Of a stretch of 64,000 bases of DNA, positions 18,798-29,120 are shown piece after piece. Each line of letters starts with the position of its first letter. Within the stretch, counting starts at the first letter, position 1. Below the pieces are notes generated by a model that worked only from the letters and a program-made list of their open reading frames with translations, was not told the DNA's origin and ran no database searches. The stretch is from positions 928,001-992,000 of the forward strand of contig CAWJWJ010000002.1 in assembly GCA_963846575.1 (NCBI GenBank). Direction: 5' to 3'. A program made the translations under genes and the position numbers. The DNA comes from an uncultured Nitrospiraceae bacterium. Its GTDB lineage: Bacteria > Nitrospirota > Nitrospiria > Nitrospirales > Nitrospiraceae.

Positions 18798-20504
18798 TCA
18801 CAGCTCCAATTCAGGTGCGTCCCTCCGGCTTGTTCGAATCTTCATCCGCTGGGGGCGCTGTGCGAGGGCCCGAAGGACATCCTCAATATAAAGGCCGTTC
18901 AGGAAGGCGACATAGGCGCGCGTCTCGAGGGTACCGACCCAGTCGGGAATCGAGAACCGCATGCCGTGGGCCCTGCCGTATAAGAGGATCCACACGGCGA
19001 CGATGAGGCAGGTCGCGAGAAAGACAACCGCATCGAAGAGGCCGGTAGGCCAGGCTGCCGTTTGAAAATAGGCTGCAGCCTGTCCCGGATCGGGATAGAG
19101 GAAATGGGTGAAGGATTCGCCCGCCCATAAATAGGTCCAGCCTATCAGGGCAAGCGTCGAGACCATCGTCAGGGACACTTTCCACGAGGCCACCGCGTGG
19201 AGGCGATAGAGACTGAAGATCGCTTGGGATGAGGTGACCCAGGCGAAGAACAGAAAAATCAAGGTGCTCTGCGTCTCAAACAGCGGGATACGAACGAGGC
19301 CATGAGCGGCGAGCAGGATGATCAGCGGTAACAGCAACGTGACCCCTAATCCGGTCGCCCAGGTGACCAGGGAGAAGCCCGGTATTTCTTCGACATGCTC
19401 GTGCGCGGGAAGTTTCAGCTCGGTGCGCGCTTTCTGAATGGTGGCTCCCGAATTGAGAAACAATGCGGCCTTGAACAGTCCATGGGCGCAGAGATGGTAC
19501 ACGGAGAGGGCAAAGGCCCCTAAGCCACATTCCATGATCATGTAACCCATCTGTCCCATCGTAGAATAGACGAGCGTGCGTTTGATGCTGTATTGGGTCA
19601 GCATCGTGGCGGCTCCGACCAGGGCCGTCAGCCCCCCGATAAGAAACATTAGATGAAGCGAGGCCGGCGCCACGCCGTAGAGCGGGGCCAGCCGGTTGAC
19701 CAAAAATCCTCCGGCATTGACGATCCCGGCGTGGAGCATCGCCGAGACAGGGGTCGGCGCCTCGATGGTCTCCGGCAACCACACGTGAAAGGGGAATTGG
19801 GCGGATTTCGTCATGATCGCGATCAAGATCAACAGCGTAATCGCCGTTACCGAGTTGAGTTCGAAGACCGTTCCGCTCCACAACGAAGGCGTAGCAGACG
19901 ATTGGATCCTACGAAACAATTCCGGGAGATCCAGCGTATCGAATTTGAGATAGATGAGAACACAGCCGAGTAGCAAGGCCGCATCGCCAAGTCCCTGCAC
20001 ATGCAACGTAATTCGTCCCGCCTTGCGTGCGGCGAGACTCGCCGGATTGAACGAGAGCAGGGCCATCAGCAACCAGCTGACAGCGTGCCAAAAGCCGAAC
20101 AGCCAGAACAGATTTCCACTGGTCACTAAGCTCAAGAGCACGAAGGTCAGCAGGCTCAGCAGGCTGAAGAATCGGACATAGGCCTGGTCGCCTTGCATGT
20201 AGCGCTGTGAAAACACGTGAATCACCAGGCTCACACCTGTGATGAGAACCATCATGACGGCGGAAAGGCGATCAATCAGGACCGTATACTGAATAGATTT
20301 GGGAAGGAAGCCGGAAAACGTAAGGAACACAGGCTCGCTCTGCACGACATGATACAGCGAAGCGAGCGCCGCGACTGTTGAGAGCGACAGGGCGCTGACG
20401 CCGAGAGTGGAGCTTCTCTCGCCAAATCTGGTTCCGAGAAGCGCGATCAGGCCGCTGGCCAGGAGTGGCGCAAAGACCGCAACAAGTGGAAAGAGAATAT
20501 CCAT
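18798..20504 (-). CDS. dabB: DAB membrane subunit (NuoL/ND5-like)
   Basis: KSAQFPFHVWLP, EAPTPVSAMLHAGIVNAGG, STMGQMG, AHGLFKA; linked to the DUF2309 gene. Confidence 0.9.
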   Translation of the reverse strand: MDILFPLVAVFAPLLASGLIALLGTRFGERSSTLGVSALSLSTVAALASLYHVVQSEPVFLTFSGFLPKSIQYTVLIDRLSAVMMVLITGVSLVIHVFSQRYMQGDQAYVRFFSLLSLLTFVLLSLVTSGNLFWLFGFWHAVSWLLMALLSFNPASLAARKAGRITLHVQGLGDAALLLGCVLIYLKFDTLDLPELFRRIQSSATPSLWSGTVFELNSVTAITLLILIAIMTKSAQFPFHVWLPETIEAPTPVSAMLHAGIVNAGGFLVNRLAPLYGVAPASLHLMFLIGGLTALVGAATMLTQYSIKRTLVYSTMGQMGYMIMECGLGAFALSVYHLCAHGLFKAALFLNSGATIQKARTELKLPAHEHVEEIPGFSLVTWATGLGVTLLLPLIILLAAHGLVRIPLFETQSTLIFLFFAWVTSSQAIFSLYRLHAVASWKVSLTMVSTLALIGWTYLWAGESFTHFLYPDPGQAAAYFQTAAWPTGLFDAVVFLATCLIVAVWILLYGRAHGMRFSIPDWVGTLETRAYVAFLNGLYIEDVLRALAQRPQRMKIRTSRRDAPELEL

Positions 20505-20547
20505 GGTCCATCCTACTGTGGTGGTTCGTGATGTGTGAGACTGTATC

Positions 20548-20563
20548 AGCAAGAATAGGACCG
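20548..20563 (-). promoter_or_regulatory. Putative sigma54 (-24/-12) promoter of dabB
   Basis: Minus strand CGGTCCTATTCTTGCT, 14/16 identical to the dabA motif, 44 nt upstream of the ATG. Confidence 0.65.
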
Positions 20564-20954
20564 ACAGGTTGCCGAGGTGGCTACCTGAGGCAAGTCTCTG
20601 AAGCATGGGAGAAATTTTGATGAGGAGATATGGGGTTGGAGAGTGTGATCGCACCTTGACCGGAAGGGCTGTGTATGGGCGCACTGACTGTGCGGCGGTG
20701 CACGAGTGAGCCACGGCATGGCATCACGGCTCGTTCGGCACGCCACCCCCCGAGAGTCTGTTCAGAGGGCGGTCCAAACGGGGGGCACACGTGCTTGGAG
20801 TCTAGCCTGTCCATTAGAGCGAGACTGTCTCCACAATCGGTTGCCTCCCCCCTTCGCCCCTCTTGAGATGCATAACCTGCCGCGCCGGTCTTGAGGACTA
20901 TCCCTGCCAATAGAGAATAAAGAAAAAATGACCCAAGAAGCCGATCGAGGGTGC

Positions 20955-20993
20955 TTGACAGGGCCGGTAGAGACGTGTAACCATTGGTTACAC
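20955..20993 (+). promoter_or_regulatory. -35 TTGACA plus perfect 19-bp palindromic operator
   Basis: TTGACA 20955-20960; GTGTAACCA-T-TGGTTACAC 20975-20993, 1 nt before the ATG. Confidence 0.75.
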
Positions 20994-20994
20994 C

Positions 20995-21543
20995 ATGACC
21001 GCCGATGAATTTCGCCACATCAGGGAACAATTAGGGCTGACGCAGGAGCAGCTCGCAGAGGCTCTGCGTACCACGCGTGTGTCGGTCGCTCGTTATGAGG
21101 CGGGCATGCGGCGAATTGGCGGGGCCGTCGAAGTGGCGGTCACGCAACTCTCGCGCAGGGTTGAGGTTCCAATGGCCGGAGTCGTGGCGGCCGGTCTGCC
21201 GATTGAACCGGTAGCTCAATCGGAATGGGTCGAGGTGCCACCCAGCATGGTGCGCTCGGGCGACACCTTCGCACTGCGTGTGAAAGGGGATTCCATGATC
21301 GAGCATGGCATCCTCGCGGGCGATCTGGTCGTCATCCGAAAGCAGGCGACTGCCCAAAATGGTCAGACGGTGGTGGCATTGGTGAACCGGGAAGCGACGA
21401 TCAAAACCTACTTCAAGCGCGAACGCCACATTGAACTCCGTCCTGCCAATGCCGCGATGAAGCCGTTTGTGGTGACAGCCGCGGACGAATTTACCATCGA
21501 GGGGGTGCTGGTCGGCGTGATTCGTCATTGCGATAACAGGTGA
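20995..21543 (+). CDS. LexA/CI-like self-cleaving repressor (XRE HTH plus S24 peptidase)
   Basis: LGLTQEQLAEAL HTH; Ala-Gly site VAAG, catalytic GDSM and TIK. Confidence 0.9.
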   Translation: MTADEFRHIREQLGLTQEQLAEALRTTRVSVARYEAGMRRIGGAVEVAVTQLSRRVEVPMAGVVAAGLPIEPVAQSEWVEVPPSMVRSGDTFALRVKGDSMIEHGILAGDLVVIRKQATAQNGQTVVALVNREATIKTYFKRERHIELRPANAAMKPFVVTAADEFTIEGVLVGVIRHCDNR

Positions 21544-21558
21544 TCCAAGGAGGGCACG

Positions 21559-21804
21559 ATGATGACTCAGCAGCAGGCAATGGTTGAACGTGTGGCTGAA
21601 CTGGAACGGATGATCGTCCGGCTGAACGGGCGGATAGGAGAACTTCAACGTGAACTCAAGCAGGGGAAGGGTGCGTTCATTGGGTGGTCCGGTGGCTCCT
21701 CCAGAATACGAACGTTTCTAGGAGGATTCAAACCCATCACCTCCACCCCGAGTCCAATCCGAGAGAACAGGAGGGTCCAACGCCATGATCTCTGTCTCTT
21801 CTGA
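21559..21804 (+). CDS. Small coiled-coil hypothetical protein
   Basis: AGGAGG RBS directly after the repressor; heptad pattern. Confidence 0.55.
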   Translation: MMTQQQAMVERVAELERMIVRLNGRIGELQRELKQGKGAFIGWSGGSSRIRTFLGGFKPITSTPSPIRENRRVQRHDLCLF

Positions 21805-21967
21805 CATTGACACAGCGACTGCCGGTTGTTGCGCTGACTGCGGTCAGATGGTTCTGCGGCGAACGCCGCTCCTCGACGAGCACATCAAAGTGACTCGGGA
21901 AGTCTGTATCCGCTGTCTGGTCCTGGCCTATCAACGTCGTCAGTTTGAATCGGGCTGTTGCGGGTGA
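21785..21967 (+). CDS. Small Cys-rich (CxxC...CxxC) protein
   Basis: AGGAGG upstream; CADC, CIRC, terminal GCCG. Confidence 0.5.
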   Translation: MISVSSDIDTATAGCCADCGQMVLRRTPLLDEHIKVTREVCIRCLVLAYQRRQFESGCCG

Positions 21968-22111
21968 CGGCTCTTTTTCAGGCGGGCGGCATGTGCCAGG
22001 CGCCGGGTGACGCGACATGTGTTAGAGTCTAATGGTCTGCCCGTAGCTGCTGAGTCCATAGAGCGCCATCGGGCCATGTTCTTCATGTCTCACGTGGAGA
22101 TGGAGCCAGCC

Positions 22112-22585
22112 ATGAAACCTTTCCGCCAGTCCTCTTCTATGTGTATGGCCGCAGCCGCCCTGGGAACGGTGCTTTCGGGGGGAATGTTGTTTGCCCAGCC
22201 CGACCCAAAAGACACGTTCGATCATCACGACACCCGGGTCTTCAAGGCGGCAGCTTGCACCAAAGATCATCGGCCCATGGAAGCCCTCTACTATATCGTC
22301 GCCAGCCGATCCGATCTGGCGACGGGAAAGCCGTCTCCATCAGCTCAGCTCATGAAAGATGAGGTTGATAACAATTGGCGGCAGGTAACCTCGCGGTTGA
22401 CCATGGAACAGGTCATGGAGGAACGCTTTGCAGACACCTACCACGCGCTCTTGAACGAGCTGGTTCCCCAGTTGCAGCAGACGGTGGAGGAAAAGACCGG
22501 CGTATCAATCTCCGTATCAGAGGTCAACAGCAGACCCATGGACCAGGCAAAGGACAACGACGTTCCGGCCTGCGCTTCTCAGTAA
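22112..22585 (+). CDS. Secreted hypothetical protein
   Basis: GGAG RBS, signal-peptide-like N-terminus, two Cys in the mature part. Confidence 0.65.
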   Translation: MKPFRQSSSMCMAAAALGTVLSGGMLFAQPDPKDTFDHHDTRVFKAAACTKDHRPMEALYYIVASRSDLATGKPSPSAQLMKDEVDNNWRQVTSRLTMEQVMEERFADTYHALLNELVPQLQQTVEEKTGVSISVSEVNSRPMDQAKDNDVPACASQ

Positions 22586-23131
22586 GCAACTTTCTTGCAA
22601 AGAGATCTTTGTGATGCGATAGGGCTGGATCGGCCGTGGGGTGACGTAATCCACAGCCCAACCTGTCCTGTGCCCCTTGCCGAGCTGAACCTATCCGGCT
22701 GAACCGTCATGTGTGAGTGCAGGCATCGGCTTGAAACCACGTGGCGAAGGCCGCAGGAAAACGAATCCCGTCGCTGATGAGGAACATCGGTCACCCGGCG
22801 CAACCTGCGGCGGATTTTGTGAGGACAAAGGGGCCTAGTTTGTAGGAAAGATCGGCGGGAACCCGGACGACCCGCGGCCTATTGGTTCCACCGGGCTTGA
22901 ACGGACTGGCTGAAAACCGCATGAACAGGGGGTGCAGCGAAGACAGAAGACCGCCAACGATGAGGCAGCGGTAGGCACCCGGCACCCTTCCGCACCCTGT
23001 TTTGAGGAAGGGCGTGGTCTCACCGCCCTAAAAAGGCATGGCTACAGAGGGCTTTTTCTATACAACAAAGGGGTTGGCTCTCTGTGGCACGGCCCTTACA
23101 TTTCGCCCTGCCTCGCCCGGCCTGGCAGTCT

Positions 23132-23536
23132 TTACAGTTGATTCAGATACTCTCGCATTCGTTCAACGATGGCGCGGTCGTGCCCAATCATTTTCAGCGC
23201 ATGGGTTTCGTCAGGAGAAAACCATCCCATCGCCTGTCCTTCACCTAATTGGAGGGGTTGGTCCTGATATTGTTCCACAAACACATACTTCGTGTTCATA
23301 TCCTCTTCATCTCTAACTGTCTGCTCCATGAGAAAGTATGGGTTTCGTACGTGATACGATAGTTCTTCTAAGACCTCGCGTTCCAGTGCGTCCGTCGGAC
23401 TTTCTCCTTCTTCAATACCGCCTCCAAAAAAGGCCCAGTAATTGGGCAGCCGAAACGCATCGTGCGACCGATGCTGAAGGAGTATTTGCCCTGAAGCGGT
23501 GTAGAGAATGAACAGCGAAACGTTTCGTACAGCCAT
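23132..23536 (-). CDS. NUDIX hydrolase
   Basis: Nudix box GGGIEEGESPTDALEREVLEEL. Confidence 0.92.
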   Translation of the reverse strand: MAVRNVSLFILYTASGQILLQHRSHDAFRLPNYWAFFGGGIEEGESPTDALEREVLEELSYHVRNPYFLMEQTVRDEEDMNTKYVFVEQYQDQPLQLGEGQAMGWFSPDETHALKMIGHDRAIVERMREYLNQL

Positions 23537-23747
23537 TGTTCACCATAACCTATGGACTCCGGACAGGTGAAGAACTTCTCACTCAACCGGAAACTCCTCT
23601 TAGTCAAACAGTTTCCTCACAATGCCTCATTCATGATGCTCTGTGCCTTATCGCGACATGAGCTGAACTAGGACTATCGCTAGCACCATCTCTCAGGAAG
23701 ATCGGGTACAAGCCTAGCCTGCACTTCATCTGAAGGGAGGCGTGGGT

Positions 23748-23924
23748 ATGGAAGCCGCCACGAACAGTTCGACCGCGAAGACCTGTGGGCATCTGGGGTG
23801 TTCGTGTCAGGTGGCAGGGGATTATCCTTACTGCAGCCCCGAGTGTGCGTCCACTGCAAAGGTGACCACCGAGTCGGTGACGTGTCCTTGCCCGCATACT
23901 GCGTGCACAGTCGTTCAACAGTAA
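23748..23924 (+). CDS. Bacterial metallothionein-like protein
   Basis: 58 aa: CGHxGCSC, YCSPECA, CPCPHTAC; GGAGG RBS. Confidence 0.75.
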   Translation: MEAATNSSTAKTCGHLGCSCQVAGDYPYCSPECASTAKVTTESVTCPCPHTACTVVQQ

Positions 23925-24576
23925 TCGCAGAGGTCAAGCCAGCGTCACAACTCGATTGTCTGGGGAATCGGCTGCGGTTGCCGCCCACACGAGCCAGAAG
24001 CTATTTTCGCGCCATTCAAGGGGGTGCAGGATGGCATCGAAGACCACATGGGCGGTGGGTGGCTTGATGGGTCTGCTGACCTGATGCGCTTGAGTGCGTC
24101 CCCCTAGGCTCAATTACACCTGGCTGTGAGCGGTTGAACCACGTTCCACCACTTCCGTGTTGGGCGTAACTCCACAAGTTGGCAGAGCGGGAATCAATCG
24201 TTGACGAATAGTCTAGGAAGGTTCGCGGTAGCTTCGGCTAGGCACGTCAGATGCACCTTTGCGGTAGGGGTGTGATTGAGGGGTACGTGTCACTAGCCGC
24301 TTGGATAGGATGGCCAGGATCGCGAGGGACAGCATTGTGAGAACACGGGCTAACATGTCTCACCATATCGCCCTGCGAGGAAGGTGTCAAACGCTACCGG
24401 GTCACGCAGTGTTGCGAATCGGATTTTGAAACTATCTAAACCACTCTCACTTCCCCACTTTTAAGCTCATAGACCCAATCCCCGGCAAAGCAGTCTCTGC
24501 GTCTAGTTGCATAGAGTTAAAGGCTGTGGCCTTATAGGCGATGTGACGCGCATCAAACCCACATGAGAGGACTATC

Positions 24577-24795
24577 ATGACGCCACTACAGATCAAGGTT
24601 TCGATGGTCGGCGTATTTGCACTTACTGCATTAATTGGCTGCGAAGGACATAAGCACGATAGGCAGCTCCCACCGCCTTCAGGGGCATCCGTTCACAAAT
24701 CCCCCTCTCATGCCGGATCACCGGCCACTCAAGGCTCAATGCCCGTCCCAGCGCCAATCGGACCTGATAACGGCGGTGATCAAACGATTCGGTAA
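24577..24795 (+). CDS. Small Pro-rich lipoprotein
   Basis: GAGG RBS, lipobox LIGC, paralog at 30023. Confidence 0.7.
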   Translation: MTPLQIKVSMVGVFALTALIGCEGHKHDRQLPPPSGASVHKSPSHAGSPATQGSMPVPAPIGPDNGGDQTIR

Positions 24796-24870
24796 CGGCT
24801 GTGTCGCTTGGGAGGGATGGCGCACACTCATTCGGTCTGGTCAGTCCTGCGCCAACGTCTGGAATCAATA

Positions 24871-24945
24871 GACGGGCGTCCCGACATCACCTCCGAGGTT
24901 GGAGCGGGGACCCGCGCCACGCTTGTGGTGCCTAGGAGCCGCTAG
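24871..24945 (+). pseudogene. C-terminal relic of a histidine kinase HATPase domain
   Basis: Translates DGRPDITSEVGAGTRATLVVP*. Confidence 0.45.
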
Positions 24946-25078
24946 GTTTGATTCTATATCGCTCGACGAGATGTGCCGCCGTGCCTTCTGCGGATAACGT
25001 CAGTTGATCTATCAATCCCTGACCAAGCCCGACAAGGGGAACCTACAGAGAACACTCTCGATGGAGCACGTCCACCAG

Positions 25079-25413
25079 TTACCCCGGAACGAGTTCCTTG
25101 GGCAGAAACGCTCGGGCACCGGCAGACAGGAACGCGCGCTCGACCCAGCCGCTCCTGTCTGAAGACATCCCAATGATACACGAGTCGGGCACGATCTCAC
25201 GAATTTGACGGGCCGCCTCGATCCCGTGCATCCGCGGCATCTGCATGCCCATCAAGACGACATCTGGCCGGACCGTTTGGCAGAGGTGGATCGCCTCCAT
25301 GCCATCGGCCGCTTCGCCGATGACTTTTAGATCGGGTGCCCGTCGAGGATGGCCCGCAATGTGCGTCGCATCGATGCATGGTCATCCACTACTCAGACAC
25401 CGATCGTAGACAT
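25079..25413 (-). pseudogene. Response regulator receiver pseudogene
   Basis: VVDDH...KVIGEAADGMEAI...RPDVVLM..QMP, with an internal stop and a frameshift. Confidence 0.8.
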
Positions 25414-25709
25414 TGAATTGTTATAGCCTAGGGACACGATCGTCTACTGGCATGAAAGCATCAAATCAGGCCTGCCCCGCTACGGAGCGGCATCTGGGGA
25501 AGCCCCTAAGGCTCTTCCCCTCGCTGGCAGAAGCAGCGGTAGAGACGGGCGGATTCTATGGGAGGAGGATCTCATCTGTAGGCCGCAACAGGGGTTTGGC
25601 ATAGCTGCGCAGCCGGAGAATGAGGCGTCTAATAACAACTGGCGGAACACCCTATAAGGGTGAGCCGCCACGGTACACCACCCTGCTAGAAAATGAAGGA
25701 GAACGTCTC

Positions 25710-26003
25710 ATGCACAAAGAAGAAGTGTCTCGTACGCTGTTCGCTTTGATGGCCGGCGCCACGGTCGGGGCTGGCGTCGGGCTTTTATTGGCGCCCCAAA
25801 CAGGATCGCAGTTTCGCTCATCCCTGCGTAACTTGACGAGACAAGCCACGGACCAAGCGGATCAGTCAACGAAGGACCGCACGCAATCGAGTGCCATGCG
25901 GGAAACAGCCGGCGAGTCAGGCGTCCCCGAGCTGGGCCTGGAAGGTGGGGGGCGGTCAGCACAAAAAGATCATACGATCGGTGATACCGGACAAGACAAT
26001 TGA
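25710..26003 (+). CDS. YtxH-like protein
   Basis: GATVGAGVGLLLAPQTG motif; AGGAG RBS. Confidence 0.8.
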   Translation: MHKEEVSRTLFALMAGATVGAGVGLLLAPQTGSQFRSSLRNLTRQATDQADQSTKDRTQSSAMRETAGESGVPELGLEGGGRSAQKDHTIGDTGQDN

Positions 26004-26029
26004 CAAGACAACAGAAGCGCCGATGACGA

Positions 26030-26190
26030 CATCGCTGCTCGTGGGCTTGTTGGCATTCTCATCGGCGGCGTCGCCGTTCTGTTACCGGCTCCTTCTATGG
26101 CGGCGCTCGTGTGGCTGTTCGGCGGCTATGCGTTACTGGACGGACTCTTCAACATCGTGACCGTGTGGCGACGTGGGCGGACGCGTCGTG
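26030..26190 (+). pseudogene. HdeD/DUF308 membrane protein fragment
   Basis: RGLVGILIG...ALVWLFGGYALLDG, then similarity is lost. Confidence 0.6.
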
Positions 26191-26339
26191 GCGGCCTGCT
26201 GAGTCATGTTTCTACTCGCGCCTCAAGCGGGAGTGGTTGTGCCGGTCTGGCTCTGAGGGGCCTACACGGCGGCTGCGCACGGCGTGGCTCATGTCTAGGA
26301 GCCACTATACGGGTCAGCCGTCGCTCCTGGACTAGCACG

Positions 26340-26600
26340 CCATGTTGGACGCACTCTTCTCGGCCTCATTGACGGTGCTACGCCTTCTGACGCCTCGCGA
26401 CGCCGAATATCGAGGCGGTAAAGGTCTACCGCCCATATCACAGGCTGGTAACACCCTTGCCAAAGATGCGGCAGGACGCCATCTCGCTGATTCAACTGGC
26501 CACGGCCGCAGGCTGCCGCGCCTGTGTATTGGTGGATAACCGCACGGAGGGCAATGCGCCACGGACCATCCAGGCGCCGATAAATCGAACAAGGAGTCCA
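26340..26600 (+). pseudogene. DUF72-family C-terminal fragment
   Basis: TVLRLLTP...PY.RLV.PLPKMRQD...VLVDNRTEGNAP.TI across a frameshift. Confidence 0.55.
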
Positions 26601-26766
26601 CGCCACGACGAGAGCGTCACGTACAAGGAGAGTCTCTCGGGTAGGACACCATCGTCCCCTCTCACGGGGTCGCTCAACGCCTGAGGATACAAAGCAGAAG
26701 GCCGTCGAGGGCCTCACGAGGCAGTCGGTGGTAGAAATATCATTTGATCTGTTGGGAGAACATCAC

Positions 26767-27672
26767 ATGGCCATCGTGGCAGTGACGGCGAAGCAGGATA
26801 TTGCGCGTAGCATTGACGAAGCATTGGGACTTCTCGATCTGGACTTCCTCCGAGGCAAACGTGTCGCGATCAAACCCAACGAAACGTGGGCATCCAAAGA
26901 CGACTGCACCGGCGTGACCCAGCCCGACACCTTACGTGCCGTGCTGCGGCATATCAAACAGCATGGGCCACGGGAGATCATCGTGACCGGGGGCGCCGGA
27001 TCGGCTGAAACGGACGACGTGTTCCGCATTGCCGGGCTGATGAAGGTCGTCGAAGAAGAAGGAGCCCAGTTTTTCGATCATAACCGCGCTCCTTTTGTGT
27101 CTGTCGATCTCGACTACGGCGGGAATGCCGAAGTTCGCGGACCGCAACGCGCGGTCATGGTCAACCCGCGCGTGTTGGAGTATGAGGCCCTCATTGCGGT
27201 CAATCAATTGAAGCTGCATGAAACGGCGACCGTGACCTTGGGGCTCAAGAACATCGCCATGTCGTTCCCGGCTGCTGACTACTATGGGCATCCTCGATCC
27301 ACGCAGCGTCACGGCAATCACTTTTTTGAAGACATGCACTCCTTCATCGCCGCGATGGCCAAACGGTTCCCCACCGATCTCGCGGTGACCGTGGGACATC
27401 CGGCGATGATCGGGACGGGTCCGTTAGGAGGCCATGCGGTGGAAACCGGAATCACGATTGCGTCCACCGATGCGCTCGCCGCGGATGTCGTAGGCGCTCG
27501 CCTGCTGGGGTTCACGTCCCAGGCCGTCCGGCATTTATGGGAAGCCGCTCGTCTGGAGATCGGCGAAAGCTCCCTGGACCGGATGACATTTCCGGGTCTG
27601 ACCTTAAAGGAGGCGATCGGGGCGTTCACTGAAGCGGCCTATGGAAAGCGCCTCGACTTTGATCATGCGTGA
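26767..27672 (+). CDS. DUF362 domain protein
   Basis: VAIKPN, LKLH..ATVTLGLKN, DALAAD motifs. Confidence 0.85.
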   Translation: MAIVAVTAKQDIARSIDEALGLLDLDFLRGKRVAIKPNETWASKDDCTGVTQPDTLRAVLRHIKQHGPREIIVTGGAGSAETDDVFRIAGLMKVVEEEGAQFFDHNRAPFVSVDLDYGGNAEVRGPQRAVMVNPRVLEYEALIAVNQLKLHETATVTLGLKNIAMSFPAADYYGHPRSTQRHGNHFFEDMHSFIAAMAKRFPTDLAVTVGHPAMIGTGPLGGHAVETGITIASTDALAADVVGARLLGFTSQAVRHLWEAARLEIGESSLDRMTFPGLTLKEAIGAFTEAAYGKRLDFDHA

Positions 27673-27706
27673 TTGCGCGCGGCTCATTTTCGTTCAAGGA
27701 GGGACC

Positions 27707-27991
27707 GTGTACATATTGTTCGGCTGGGCAGGAATCGCATTCTTGATCGCGATCACCGCCGCAGTGGTCGGTTTCACGGACTTGGCCCCAGGCGCTGCAG
27801 AGACTGCACGAATGGTCTTCTATCTGATTTTTGTTCTCTCTCTGCTCCTCCTTCTGATCGGATTCATCGTGGTCAGAAAGGTCACCGCGTTTGCCCGCGG
27901 CTTCGGTATCAATGTGAGCTTAGGAGGACTGTTGGGAATGATGAAGTGGGTCCAGCTTCTGCGGATGGGACGACGAGGGTTCAGGCGATGA
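27707..27991 (+). CDS. DUF1328-like small membrane protein
   Basis: FLIAITAAVVGFTDLAPGAAETARMVF; AGGAGG RBS. Confidence 0.8.
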   Translation: MYILFGWAGIAFLIAITAAVVGFTDLAPGAAETARMVFYLIFVLSLLLLLIGFIVVRKVTAFARGFGINVSLGGLLGMMKWVQLLRMGRRGFRR

Positions 27992-28289
27992 ATCAGGACA
28001 AGGACAAAACATTTTCAAAGGGCTGGACTGACGACTGCTTCCCCCGTCATACCCTACGCGGTTCGCATCATATCTAACTGGGGTGACGGAGACGTCGACT
28101 CGGCCCATGGATGCATCTCAATTACCATTCCATAGTGCGGAGGAGTGATCTCCAGCCCCCCTGCCGCGGCTCCCGTCTCTGATATTGTTCTCTTCGACAC
28201 ATCCACCTGGACCTTTGAAGGCTGGCAAGGGCACGTCTGTCGCCGCAAGTATGCACCCATGGCCCGCACGCGAGACTGTCTGTTCCTGA

Positions 28290-28766
28290 TTATGGTACGC
28301 CGCCTTGTCGCTTCCATTGTCGCATGGCCTGAAATGCCTCACCCGGCAGTACCTGATGATGCGTCATGAACCGCTCTCGTCCACTCGCGCACACCTCGTC
28401 GTACAAGGCCTTATCGCCGAATCCCACCTGTTCCGCTCTATCGGATGAACAGCCAAAGTAGATGGTACGGATGCCCGCCCAGTAGATGGCGCTCAAACAC
28501 ATGGGACAGGGCTGACAGGACGCATAGATCACACACTGCCCCAGGTCAATGGTGGCCGCCTTTTTACACGCTCTCCGTAACGCCACGATCTCCGCATGGG
28601 CCGTCGGATCCCTATCGAGCATCGTGCGGTTGAATCCGCGAGCGAGAATTTTTCCATTGGACACAATCACGGCCCCGAATGGTCGCCCATGTAGTTTACC
28701 CGCCTGGCTCCGGGCAAGCTGAATCGCCATTCGCATGAATTGTCGATGCTGGTGTTCAATCGTCAC
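28290..28766 (-). CDS. Nucleoside/guanine deaminase (CDA fold)
   Basis: PFGAVIV, DPTAHAE, PCPMC. Confidence 0.92.
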   Translation of the reverse strand: MTIEHQHRQFMRMAIQLARSQAGKLHGRPFGAVIVSNGKILARGFNRTMLDRDPTAHAEIVALRRACKKAATIDLGQCVIYASCQPCPMCLSAIYWAGIRTIYFGCSSDRAEQVGFGDKALYDEVCASGRERFMTHHQVLPGEAFQAMRQWKRQGGVP

Positions 28767-28881
28767 GTGCCCTCCTGATCCTGATTCTACATTGGCCTAG
28801 TTGCGGTCTGTACGAATCTGTGTGGGGTAGTGTCGCGTGAGCGTCACGTCGATGATGACCACTTCACGCGAGGAAAGTCGA

Positions 28882-29120
28882 ATGAGGACCGAGCGTGAGA
28901 AAATGCGGCCAGGATCACTGTACGAGCCGATGACCAGGGGACTCGTGACAGCACGGGGACGAGACCTCTAGCAGGACCTCAACGTCGCGCGCGAGGCGGC
29001 GCAGGACGAGCGGCGCCGCGTCCTGCGCGATCTGTTCGGCGCGGGTGGCGACTCGGTCTGGATGCAGCCTCTCTTTCATGACTATTCACCTACATTAAAT
29101 TGGGCGAGCGGGTCTACTTT
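28882..29120 (+). pseudogene. Sugar (maltose) O-acetyltransferase N-terminal relic
   Basis: MRTEREKM..G.LY.P...ERRRVLRDLFG.GGDSVWMQP...IKLGERVYF, with indels. Confidence 0.7.

Noticed and set aside
18798..20504. Respiratory complex I nuoL
   Set aside because: No other nuo genes; linkage to DUF2309 and PII indicates DabB
20995..21543. Canonical lexA or a prophage immunity region
   Set aside because: XRE HTH rather than LexA winged helix; no divergent cro or phage genes
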